A DNA stretch of 58,989 nucleotides, taken from the NCBI GenBank assembly GCA_046758445.1, contig JBHIAE010000016.1, positions 1-58,989 on the forward strand, read 5' to 3'. Shown one piece after another: positions 29,128 to 37,944 of the stretch (positions are counted from its first letter, which is position 1; the number at the start of each line of letters is the position of its first letter). The DNA comes from Candidatus Thorarchaeota archaeon. Its GTDB lineage: Archaea; Asgardarchaeota; Thorarchaeia; Thorarchaeales; Thorarchaeaceae. Both the position numbers and the translations under genes were made by a program. The notes beneath the pieces are model-generated. The model did no database searches and had not been told where the DNA came from. It was given only the letters and a program-made list of their open reading frames with translations.

Positions 29128-29382
29128 GTGAGTAATGAAACGATGAGTGACGGAATCCTTTTGGAACTCGAGAAAACGAAACTCACACAGAGTCAGCTGG
29201 TTATACTTGAAATCGTAAGAGAGAATGGAACAACCGGTACGACCCCGAAAGAGATCCAGGGCATGGTGTCATTTGCCCCAAGAACAATCAGATATGCTCT
29301 CAGAAGTCTCCAGCATAATAATCTAATCAGGAGAATTCCGTGTCTTCAAGATATGAGGCAGTCAGTGTACATTCCCGCATAG
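29128..29382 (+). CDS. Small archaeal MarR-like winged-helix protein
   Basis: LTQSQLVIL...TPKEI...APRTIRYALRSL...DMRQSVY. Confidence 0.8.
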   Translation: MSNETMSDGILLELEKTKLTQSQLVILEIVRENGTTGTTPKEIQGMVSFAPRTIRYALRSLQHNNLIRRIPCLQDMRQSVYIPA

Positions 29383-29572
29383 CAGAGCAAACAGACAAGA
29401 AGGAGAACTATACGCCATCCAAGCCATGAACAACAAATCTCCTCTCCAGTAGTGAAGAGTATGAAATGACAAGGTATACTGAACCCTTGTCACTCCTTTC
29501 TCAATCACACTTCACCTGAATCGTTTTCACCACTTCGGTCAACTAATGTCAATCTGACACGGTATCAACAGG

Positions 29573-31993
29573 TCATGGCAATAATCCGTGATCCACTACT
29601 GGAAAGTTGTACTTCCCCATTATCATGGCCATTCGACACAGGCTCTCATCAACAAGAGCGTTTATGGTTCCAGAAGGATATCTGCCGTCTTCTTGTCGCC
29701 GACCTGCGGGCACGTCGGTCAGCAATTCAATCCCCTCATCCACCGTTTCGATTGCATATATGTGGAACATTTCCGCGTGAACGGCCTCAACCACATCGTC
29801 TGCTAGCATCAGGTTTTGAACGTTAGCCTTCGGAATCAGAATTCCTTGGTCACCGGTCAGACCTTTGGCTTTGCATAGCTGGAAGTAGCCCTCTATCTTC
29901 TCGTTGATTCCTCCTACTGCCTGTATCCTTCCATGTTGGTTGACAGAACCAGTCACTGCGAAACGCTGCTGCACCGGAACGCCGGAAAGAGATGATAGAA
30001 TGGCGAAAAGCTCTGCACTACTGGCGCTGTCCCCGTCAATCTCGCCGTAGCTTTGCTCAAACACAATTCTTGATGAAAGACTGATCGGTTTATCCTTGCC
30101 AAACTTGTTTGCCAAATACCCACCTAGGATGAGAACCCCCTTGGTATGAATTGGTCCGCCGAGATCTGATTCACGTTCGATATCTATGACACGACCATAG
30201 CCCGGAGAAGTGCTTGCTGTGACTCGAGACGTGTGTCCAAAAGAGTAGTCTCCAAGAGTTATTAGGGCGAGTCCATTTACCTGCCCCACGGTCTGTCCCT
30301 CAAGGTCGATCAGGATTACATTGTTCTCAGCCAGCTCACGGATTTTCTCAACACGTAGATTTGACCTATTCAATCGTTGTTTGAGAGCTTTTCTGATGTG
30401 GCTTCTCTCCATCGTGACACTTCCATCTTTTTGAGCATAGAAGTTCGCCTCACGAATAACGTCAGAGATGACATCAAACCTTATGGAGAGCTTGGTCTGG
30501 TTGTCCGCAAGGCGAGAACTGTAATCGATTACCTCCGCTATGGCATCCGCTCGAAGCGGCCTAAGGCCTTCCTTCTGATGAATCATGCATATAAAAGAGC
30601 CAAACACCTTGATGTTCTCGGGTGTGCGTTCCATGATGATATCGAATTCAGCTTTAACCTTGAACAACTGGCGAAACTCAGGATCCTTCTCGTAAAGCTC
30701 GCGATATATCGCGTCATCTCCTATCAGAATCACCTTAACATCAAGTGGGATAGGCTCAGGACGGAGTGTCTTGACCACGAGAGGACTTGATATCTCGGAA
30801 GAATCTTCGATGACTATTTCACTGTGTTCAAGTGCTCGCTTCAATGCCTGATATGTGGGTGGGGAGGACAGTAGCTCCTCGGCGGGTATTACGATATATC
30901 CCCCGTTTCCCTCGTGGAGAGCACCGCGACGTATCATTGAAAAGTCAGTCTTCAGTCCACCGTATTGTGATTCCTTTTCAATAGTTCCGAAGAGATTCTG
31001 GTAGGATGGATTGTTGACGGTGACAACAGGTGCCCCCTTAGTGCCCAGATTGTCCACTATCAGGTTTACTTGATACCTTTTGGCGAACTCCTCGGGTGAG
31101 ATTAGCGCAATTTCAGAGATGATCTGCTCTTTTGAAGAATCACCCGGTATGCCTCCTATGAATTCGTGAAGATTATCTGTGATGTCTCGAGCCACCTCCC
31201 GAATCCATTCAGTGATTCTTGGCAAATCCGAGTGCTTTTCCTCGATCTCTTCAATCATCGGAGAGAGTGTAAAGAGAACGGCTTCTTTCTCCATTTTCCG
31301 AAGCCCCTCCTGGAGTTCAAGCTCAACTGCCCTCATCTTGCGGAAGAGCACTCTCAGAACCTTCTCTAAGTCGTTGCGACGTTCTTCAGTTTCAGCTTGA
31401 ACTGATTGCGGCACACTTGTCATCATTTCTGGAGTCAGTGGTTTACCATCAATCAGCGGTAATACCACAAGTCCAGTCTGGGAGCCTTGGAGGACAAACC
31501 CAGCTTTCTGAGCCTCGTCCTCTATCTGTCTAGCAACAGATTGTTGTTCATTCGTAGACGTTTTCAGTAGGCTATCTCTCTGAGTTGCATATTCATCACT
31601 CTCTAGCATTTTGATGATTGTTGTACGAGCTAGCTCAATGAAACTCTCCATATGTAACGCAAGCTGCCAACCTCTGCTCGATGGCAGCTCAAGTGCTCGT
31701 GGGTGATATGGGTCCTCGAAATTGAATACATAACACCAATCGGAGGGGTCGGAGCGCTTGGCAGCAAGTTCCTTCACAAACCTGGATACAGCAGTGGTTC
31801 GCCCTGTTCCGGGGATTCCTGCCACATAGACATTGAATCCTTTATCCTCTATCATTAGTCCAAATCGCAGTGCTTCGAGAGCTCTGTCTTGTCCGATGAT
31901 GCTATCAAGTGGGAACAACTCAGCACTCGTACCTGAGCCAAATTCCTTGGAATCACAACGCACTCGAATCTCCTCTGAATTCAGCTTCTTCAT
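29573..31993 (-). CDS. Lon-family (LonC-like, S16) protease
   Basis: IGQDRA, degenerate Walker A GIPGTGRTT, GQVNGL, IERES.LGGPIHTKG, FEQSYGEIDGDSASSAE (Ser), GGINEKIEG (Lys); no TM segment. Confidence 0.9.
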   Translation of the reverse strand: MKKLNSEEIRVRCDSKEFGSGTSAELFPLDSIIGQDRALEALRFGLMIEDKGFNVYVAGIPGTGRTTAVSRFVKELAAKRSDPSDWCYVFNFEDPYHPRALELPSSRGWQLALHMESFIELARTTIIKMLESDEYATQRDSLLKTSTNEQQSVARQIEDEAQKAGFVLQGSQTGLVVLPLIDGKPLTPEMMTSVPQSVQAETEERRNDLEKVLRVLFRKMRAVELELQEGLRKMEKEAVLFTLSPMIEEIEEKHSDLPRITEWIREVARDITDNLHEFIGGIPGDSSKEQIISEIALISPEEFAKRYQVNLIVDNLGTKGAPVVTVNNPSYQNLFGTIEKESQYGGLKTDFSMIRRGALHEGNGGYIVIPAEELLSSPPTYQALKRALEHSEIVIEDSSEISSPLVVKTLRPEPIPLDVKVILIGDDAIYRELYEKDPEFRQLFKVKAEFDIIMERTPENIKVFGSFICMIHQKEGLRPLRADAIAEVIDYSSRLADNQTKLSIRFDVISDVIREANFYAQKDGSVTMERSHIRKALKQRLNRSNLRVEKIRELAENNVILIDLEGQTVGQVNGLALITLGDYSFGHTSRVTASTSPGYGRVIDIERESDLGGPIHTKGVLILGGYLANKFGKDKPISLSSRIVFEQSYGEIDGDSASSAELFAILSSLSGVPVQQRFAVTGSVNQHGRIQAVGGINEKIEGYFQLCKAKGLTGDQGILIPKANVQNLMLADDVVEAVHAEMFHIYAIETVDEGIELLTDVPAGRRQEDGRYPSGTINALVDESLCRMAMIMGKYNFPVVDHGLLP

Positions 31994-32044
31994 CAAACCA
32001 TCTCCTCTTCCTGAAGACAAGTCTCCAACATACCAATCACCTTC

Positions 32045-32203
32045 CTATTTCCTTAATTCCTGAACAAGAAAATGCTCAGGGTTGCTGTCGAAGGCCTTCT
32101 TGCATCCCTTCATGCAGAAGTAGTATGTCTTTCCCTTGTGCTCTGACTTATACTTCGAGCTCTTTTCATCTACTGTCATTCCGCAAACCGGGTCTCGAGC
32201 CAT
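32045..32203 (-). CDS. Stand-alone YHS/TRASH protein (52 aa, not in ORF track)
   Basis: MARDPVCGMTVDEKSSKYKSEHKGKTYYFCMKGCKKAFDSNPEHFLVQELRK*; GAGGTGA RBS. Confidence 0.9.
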   Translation of the reverse strand: MARDPVCGMTVDEKSSKYKSEHKGKTYYFCMKGCKKAFDSNPEHFLVQELRK

Positions 32204-32279
32204 TCTTTCACCTCTGTTATTTCAGACATTATGCGCCATAAGACATGTGGCGTTCTATGTAATGACGGACCAACATAGT

Positions 32280-32315
32280 AATATATCTGTTTCGATATAT
32301 CCTGTATGATAGTTA
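32280..32315 (-). promoter_or_regulatory. GATATATC array upstream of YHS-lon
   Basis: AATATATC (32280), GATATATC (32294), GATAGTTA (32308). Confidence 0.75.
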
Positions 32316-32402
32316 CATAGGGCTCAGGAACTAGTCTGTCAAATAGCTTCAAACAGGCATCATGCCAGAAGTGCACTATTAGGCCGATTCTGAGATGAGC
32401 AT

Positions 32403-32443
32403 CGTTTATCTATGAAGATATATCCCATACGATATATTTATAT
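32403..32443 (+). promoter_or_regulatory. GATATATC array fused to a TATA box upstream of the second PadR-TRASH gene
   Basis: CGTTTATC (32403), GATATATC (32417), GATATATTTATAT (32431). Confidence 0.75.
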
Positions 32444-32653
32444 CGCCTGGGAACAAGCTTCCGTAGGTTCTGGTCCCGGTCGGAATCGAGCTGAGGACTG
32501 AATAGGCCACCAGGCAACTATTATAGGAGAAGCCCCTTTGTTGTAGAACTGAGGTCACAAGGGATTCTGTAGGATTCGACAACGGTGCAGCCTAGGATAT
32601 GCGAGCTCTAATGAATGTGACCACTGTTGACAGAGAGGAAAGTGAACTGAAAA

Positions 32654-33097
32654 ATGACGGAGAAAGATCTTGACATTCAGGATATGCTATCTGATTTCTC
32701 ACATTTCTATGTCTTGCTGATGTTGAGTGAGAAGCCTCTCCATGGCTACGGTCTGATGAAGGGCTTCGAAGACCGTACTGGGAAGAAACTCAGCCCGGGA
32801 ACACTCTACCCGTTCCTGCAAAGGCTTGAAGAAATGAAACTGGTTAGCCAGAAACAGGTGGACATAGGGAAGAAGCGGAAGATTGTTTACTCATTGACCA
32901 AGAAGGGCAAACAGTTCAGTGATAGGCTGTTCAGGCGATTTGCAGCTATAACGGTTTCTGCACTTGGGTCTAGTCTGGAAGTGTGTGCAAGTTGTGGTGC
33001 CAGAGTCTACGAAGGTGCCCATCACGAGGTAGTTGATGGAGTCGACCTCACATTCTGCTGTGTCCATTGTGCGAATGCCTTCAAACGGAGCCAATAG
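32654..33097 (+). CDS. PadR-TRASH regulator, paralog of 11582-12070
   Basis: LSDFSHFYVLLMLSE..HGYGLMK...SPGTLYPFL...LFRRFAAIT...CASC...FCCVHC. Confidence 0.88.
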   Translation: MTEKDLDIQDMLSDFSHFYVLLMLSEKPLHGYGLMKGFEDRTGKKLSPGTLYPFLQRLEEMKLVSQKQVDIGKKRKIVYSLTKKGKQFSDRLFRRFAAITVSALGSSLEVCASCGARVYEGAHHEVVDGVDLTFCCVHCANAFKRSQ

Positions 33098-33717
33098 GTG
33101 TTGATCCATTGGCAGTTTTCCCAATTCGTGGGGTCCACTGAACCCGTTCAAACCTAAACAAGCCATTGCAGTTCCACAAGAGGTTCCGCCGGCAGCGTAC
33201 AAAGAGGGAGAGGTCGCCATGATTCGGTCAGCAGAATGAAAGTTGGTCTATTAATGCCGACCCATTCTGTGACTACAGAGGATTGTGCTACTACTTCTCC
33301 AACCAAGGCCACAAGAACATCTTAGAAACGGAGCCAAAGCAGTAAATTCAACATGCAGCTGAAGCACAGTAGTTAAAGAATGCCTCAGAACAAATTCATA
33401 AGATGAAGGTTGAAATGACAACAACCTTCCTATGTAGCGACCACGAAGTGAGGAGATACTACTTCTGCGCACAGTATTGAATGGATACTTTCGATGCTGA
33501 CCCTGCGATGTACAGAGATCAGGACATCAGACAATGAGTTCTGAGAAAGAGAAGGAGATGCTCACGCCAATACCGGCATGAGCATCTTAGTCTGTATATG
33601 TGAAGTGGTTTTGAAGAAGGAGTAGCTACATTTCTCAAGACCCGAGTCAAGAGAATCATGGAACGAAACCCCAGTGATACACTCGTATACACGCATGAGC
33701 GAATCACCGACTGAGGT

Positions 33718-33828
33718 TTATCTTACGAAAGAGGTCCGATAGACCTCGGATCTGACTACAGCCTTGAAATTGTTAAACTTCTCAGGTACAGCAACGACCT
33801 GCTTCTTCTGTTTCTTTGCAAGTGCCAT
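33718..33828 (-). CDS. Small basic peptide (36 aa, not in ORF track)
   Basis: MALAKKQKKQVVAVPEKFNNFKAVVRSEVYRTSFVR*; GGTGA RBS upstream of the ATG. Confidence 0.5.
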   Translation of the reverse strand: MALAKKQKKQVVAVPEKFNNFKAVVRSEVYRTSFVR

Positions 33829-34029
33829 TCTTTTTCACCGTTTGGTGCGCCCAAAGCTTTAGTTTTTTTGGGCCGCCAACGTTTATCGGCTAGATGAAGA
33901 TACATATAAAGGTTTGGGCACCAAACTATTTAGAAAATGATAGTGTGTTTATGCAAATATGTGGAACGCCAAAGCTTAATAAGGGAGTGATATGCGTGAA
34001 AATCGTAGAAAACCGAGGTGTCATGACAA

Positions 34030-34776
34030 TTGAGTGACGTACTAACAGACACTCTCGTCGAAATCGAACTATCTGAAGAGGCTCTCGTAGACGGGAAACC
34101 TGTGATTCCTGAAGGACTCAAGATCATACGCGATGAAGAGATTGGCAGGATTATGCTGGAACCGGTTAGAAGTAAGATTATGAAGATACTCCACTACGGC
34201 ATTGAAGACACCCTAACCACGGAGGAGTTCAACGAAGAAACAGGCGAGAGGGTCATCCGCCAGAAAGTTGTGAAACGAGAGGCGCTTTCTGTTGCCGAGA
34301 TCGTTAGGATGTCAGAGAAGACCTTCCCTGATGACCCAATCACAAAGAACCAGGTCTACCATCATCTTCCTCTTCTTATTGAGGGCGGCTATGTAGTCAG
34401 GCTTGGTACTGTGACAACTGGCAAACGTACCACTGACTACTTCATTCGAACTCATGGTGGCTTTGTTATTGCTACAGAACCTAGTGATAAGGAGTATGCG
34501 GAAGAGAAGGCAAAGAAGAGGCTTGATGGAATCCTGAGAAGCTTCGCTTTGGACCTTGACGAAGCACAGAAGGCTGAGCTCACTGATCTGATGTCGAAGA
34601 CCCTTCATATCTGGCTGGGAGCAAGCGAGAAGATAACAGAGATGGTCACTGGAGATGTGGCCGACAAATATCTCATAGAGGCATACAACTGGCTGTTGGA
34701 TGTATATGCGTCCAACAATGCTGAGTATCAGAGGTTGATGCAAGATATCCGTTCAATCATATTCAATGGCTCATGA
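34030..34776 (+). CDS. ArsR-like winged-helix regulator
   Basis: EPVRSKIMKIL...LSVAEI...KNQVYHHLPLLIEGGYV...TDYF. Confidence 0.75.
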   Translation: MSDVLTDTLVEIELSEEALVDGKPVIPEGLKIIRDEEIGRIMLEPVRSKIMKILHYGIEDTLTTEEFNEETGERVIRQKVVKREALSVAEIVRMSEKTFPDDPITKNQVYHHLPLLIEGGYVVRLGTVTTGKRTTDYFIRTHGGFVIATEPSDKEYAEEKAKKRLDGILRSFALDLDEAQKAELTDLMSKTLHIWLGASEKITEMVTGDVADKYLIEAYNWLLDVYASNNAEYQRLMQDIRSIIFNGS

Positions 34777-35062
34777 CATGACCAACGCCTGCTAGAACGT
34801 ATCTTGGGGCCCATACTGACAGATTGAACCTCTCAGGAAACTCAAATCTAGGCCACCCAACGCAACCCTCCACTCTGGCGCAGCAGCAAAGATTGGAGGA
34901 CATGTTTCAATGACTCCATTGCACAAGAAGGTCGCCTAGCCTAGTACTGAAATGTAGAGGAGCTCTCTGTGAGATCTTACCCCTTCAACCTCCAAAGTTG
35001 GAAACAGACTTAACGAGCCATGCATATTGTTATTTGGGCCAGTCGGCCCGTGTGTGAGGTCC

Positions 35063-35506
35063 ATGGGAGTCAAATCCAGAGTTGTGGTTCGTTTTGGTGA
35101 ACCAAGAGACCTTGAGTGGTGTGTTGCCGAAGATCCACTTGCCAATGAGATGTTGATGCGCGAGAAGATAATGAAGGATGAGATTTTCATTGCTGAGCTC
35201 GATGGTGAGCCAATTGGTTATATCCGTCTGGAATTCCTCTGGGCCCGGGTCCCATACATTGGACTCATATTCGTCATTGAAGCCTACCAGCATGAGGGAG
35301 TCGGCAGAATGCTGTTGGACCGCCTGGAGTCCCATCTCAAAGAGAATGGGTATGACATCGTGCTCAGTTCTTCGCAGGTCGATGAACCAGAGCCGCAAGC
35401 ATGGCATAGGGCAGTCGGGTTTGAAGAATGTGGCATTCTCCTGGGAGTGAACGAAAGTGGAGTAGGTGAGGTCTTCTTCAGGAAACCTCTATGGTCAAAA
35501 TCCTAG
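35063..35506 (+). CDS. GNAT-family acetyltransferase
   Basis: IFVIEAYQHEGVGRMLL (motif A) and WHRAVGFEE. Confidence 0.85.
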   Translation: MGVKSRVVVRFGEPRDLEWCVAEDPLANEMLMREKIMKDEIFIAELDGEPIGYIRLEFLWARVPYIGLIFVIEAYQHEGVGRMLLDRLESHLKENGYDIVLSSSQVDEPEPQAWHRAVGFEECGILLGVNESGVGEVFFRKPLWSKS

Positions 35507-36297
35507 GCATCAAGCACGAATTGGTTCTTGAATATACTGTCTTGAACGCATGCTCGAATACACTTGCCACACACGTCACGCTTCAGGCCCTGTTTCCCTA
35601 GGAAGACGAGGTACCTTCGGCAATTCTCGCGATAGTCCTTCACTTGTTCTCTGTATCTTATGAACGTGCAAGCATCTTCACACGCCGTGCAATTTCCACA
35701 TCTCGATTTCATCCTAGTCCCATGTAGCAGCGGAAAGGAAGTGACAACAGAAGCGAAACGAAGCGCGCAACTATACTTTTCGTTGATAAGGAGGCCATTC
35801 TTTCCTCGCCAACCAAGCCCTGCGTGTTCCGCGACCACACGATGAGATATCGTCAGAGGGTAATATTGAGTCACATGCTTGACCTTTGCGGCGACGCCCT
35901 CGATCGTGGCTGGAATCGGAACACCCTCGAATCTATCCGCCACCAACTGGGCAGCGGCGTTCAGAAGCCCATTTAGTCGGTGATACTCCTCTGCGTATAT
36001 ATTCCATTTCTCATAATCGACTTTCTTACCGTCTGCCACGTTGATGCAATGAATAATACTTCCACGATAGGCGATGCCAATCGAAATCACGTACCCGGAA
36101 TCAATGAGTGACTCAAATCTCGAATCGGCAAAGCTCCTGAGTCTATCCTGTTGAACTGGCATGAGGTCTTCGTACACTCTTTGGAACTCGGCGACACCTA
36201 GGATACCTTGGCAGGATATCTTCTGTAGATATTCCAAAAAGAACTGTTGCAGAGAGTCAGTGTTGCGTTCCTTCTGACCGAGTTCTGGCTTTGCCAT
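35503..36297 (-). CDS. Epoxyqueuosine reductase (QueG)-like Fe-S protein
   Basis: SHRVVAEHAGLGWRGKNGLLI, RFASVVT, CGNCTACEDAC, CGKCIRAC. Confidence 0.8.
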   Translation of the reverse strand: MAKPELGQKERNTDSLQQFFLEYLQKISCQGILGVAEFQRVYEDLMPVQQDRLRSFADSRFESLIDSGYVISIGIAYRGSIIHCINVADGKKVDYEKWNIYAEEYHRLNGLLNAAAQLVADRFEGVPIPATIEGVAAKVKHVTQYYPLTISHRVVAEHAGLGWRGKNGLLINEKYSCALRFASVVTSFPLLHGTRMKSRCGNCTACEDACTFIRYREQVKDYRENCRRYLVFLGKQGLKRDVCGKCIRACVQDSIFKNQFVLDA

Positions 36298-36391
36298 GGA
36301 TTTCCCTCTTTCGCACCTGAGCGGGATACCTCGATGACATTGCTGTAAATAAGTACTGGGCCCATCATCATGATTGAGATAGACTTCTCCT

Positions 36392-37297
36392 CTACAGATA
36401 GAACTCTCCCTCGGCCACAAGTCTTACTTGACCCGACACGTTCATTCCACTGAAAGATGATCCTCCAATAACGGTCGAGATTAGCCTACTGGGTCTGTTC
36501 AACTCAAATCCCTGTTCTATGATAACAGGTTCCCCAATCTTTGACCTCTCGAGTACATTGTATTTCTCCACATATGCTCCAAGAGGTCCTGCCGCACTTC
36601 CAGTCGCTGGGTCTTCTAGCACACCAAACGCCGGTGCAAACATTCTCGCATGCACGGAGGAGTCCTCATGCACAGTTTCTGTGGAGAAAATGACTACTTC
36701 TTGGCTTGCTCTCCCTGACAGAGCCTTCGCTATCTCGGGGGGATTGGGAACTGCATTTCGAACGGCTCGAAGACTCTCCACTTTGACGATGAGGAATGGG
36801 AATCCAGTTGAAACATATTGAGCCGGACTTCTTTCCGAGATGTCTGAGGCGTCAAGCTGGACTGCTCTTGCGATGGCATCTCTATCATTCACGACAGACA
36901 GGAACTCTGGCTTGTTCTGTTCCATTAGGATTGTGTCAGCTGACAAGTACCCTACAGCAGTCGGTCCAATTCCCAACTCGAGGTTCACACGTGCTTTCTT
37001 TTCAGGCAATAGCCCCTTATGCTTCATGACGAATGCGGTCCCAAGTGTAGGGTGGCCCGCGAATGGTATCTCTTCAGCTGGAGTGAAGATTCTGACTTTC
37101 ACTGCACAGTTAGATTTCTCGGTAGGTACGATGAACGTAGTTTCGGAGAAGTTGAACTCGCGCGTAATCCCCTGCATCTCCTCGTCTGAGAGATTCAGGT
37201 TACCATCTGAGTCCCAGAATGTTGCTAATTGATTCCCCCCGAAGGGGTACCGGTTATCAGTGAAGACGCTTGTTTGGACGTATGGATATGCTCGCAT
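36392..37297 (-). CDS. PhzF-family isomerase
   Basis: GGNQLA, NFSETTF, RIFTPAEEIPFAGHPTLG, EDPATGSAAG. Confidence 0.92.
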   Translation of the reverse strand: MRAYPYVQTSVFTDNRYPFGGNQLATFWDSDGNLNLSDEEMQGITREFNFSETTFIVPTEKSNCAVKVRIFTPAEEIPFAGHPTLGTAFVMKHKGLLPEKKARVNLELGIGPTAVGYLSADTILMEQNKPEFLSVVNDRDAIARAVQLDASDISERSPAQYVSTGFPFLIVKVESLRAVRNAVPNPPEIAKALSGRASQEVVIFSTETVHEDSSVHARMFAPAFGVLEDPATGSAAGPLGAYVEKYNVLERSKIGEPVIIEQGFELNRPSRLISTVIGGSSFSGMNVSGQVRLVAEGEFYL

Positions 37298-37359
37298 TTC
37301 GGAAGCACCTCGCCACCGGAATGTGATGTATCTGCTGATAAGCGCAGCCGTTTGATTAC

Positions 37360-37838
37360 TTAATCGGATATCTTGCCCAGCTCACCTTGGCAAATCTTCT
37401 TGTCGTCAGGATCCTTCAACTCGTCAATTGCCTCCTGAGAAATCTTGATGTACTTCCTGCACTCATCCTTGTTGCCATCAGCCGCGTGAGCCCTTGCCAT
37501 GACCTCGTAGATGAAGGGAATATGCCAGTCTTTCCAATTCGAGTCCTCTTTCTCCGCCTTCTTTGCAAGTTCAAATCCACGGTTGGCATGGAACAGTGCA
37601 GGCTCGCTCCTCTTCACATGTGCATAGACTCTCGAGATCATATACTCAGCTCTAACAGCATTGACAATTGTCCCAACCTTGCCCCAGTGATACCGTGAAT
37701 GTGGGCCATGTGCAATGCCTGCTCAAGCTCTTCAGCTGAGGGATTTGAATTGTCTAAAACAGGCCAGATGCCATTATTCGTCTTCTTCACAATCTTCTTG
37801 TGAAACTCGTTGTCGGTCAGCTTCTCGTCACCGGTCAT
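37360..37838 (-). pseudogene. Conserved helical hypothetical protein split by a frameshift
   Basis: ...ALHMAH in one frame continues as SRYHWGKVGTIVNAVRAEYMISRVYAH...YEVMARAHA in another, switching near 37700. Confidence 0.7.
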
Positions 37839-37944
37839 CAGAACAACCTCCCCCATAAGGAGGATAACTATTGTTAATGAGCTAGCCGGTAGTGATGAAG
37901 AAGCATACACATGGATGTATTGCCCGGGTTCCAAGCTGGGAAAG

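Noticed and set aside
5822-32443. GATATATC arrays as CRISPR repeats, iterons or an origin
   Set aside because: Units are 8 bp with 6-bp spacers, only 2-4 per site, dispersed and tied to promoters. No cas, cdc6/orc1 or rep gene is present.
5100-33500. Metal region as a mobile element
   Set aside because: No integrase, transposase, tRNA target or terminal repeats seen, and it contains a native-looking Asgard GTPase.
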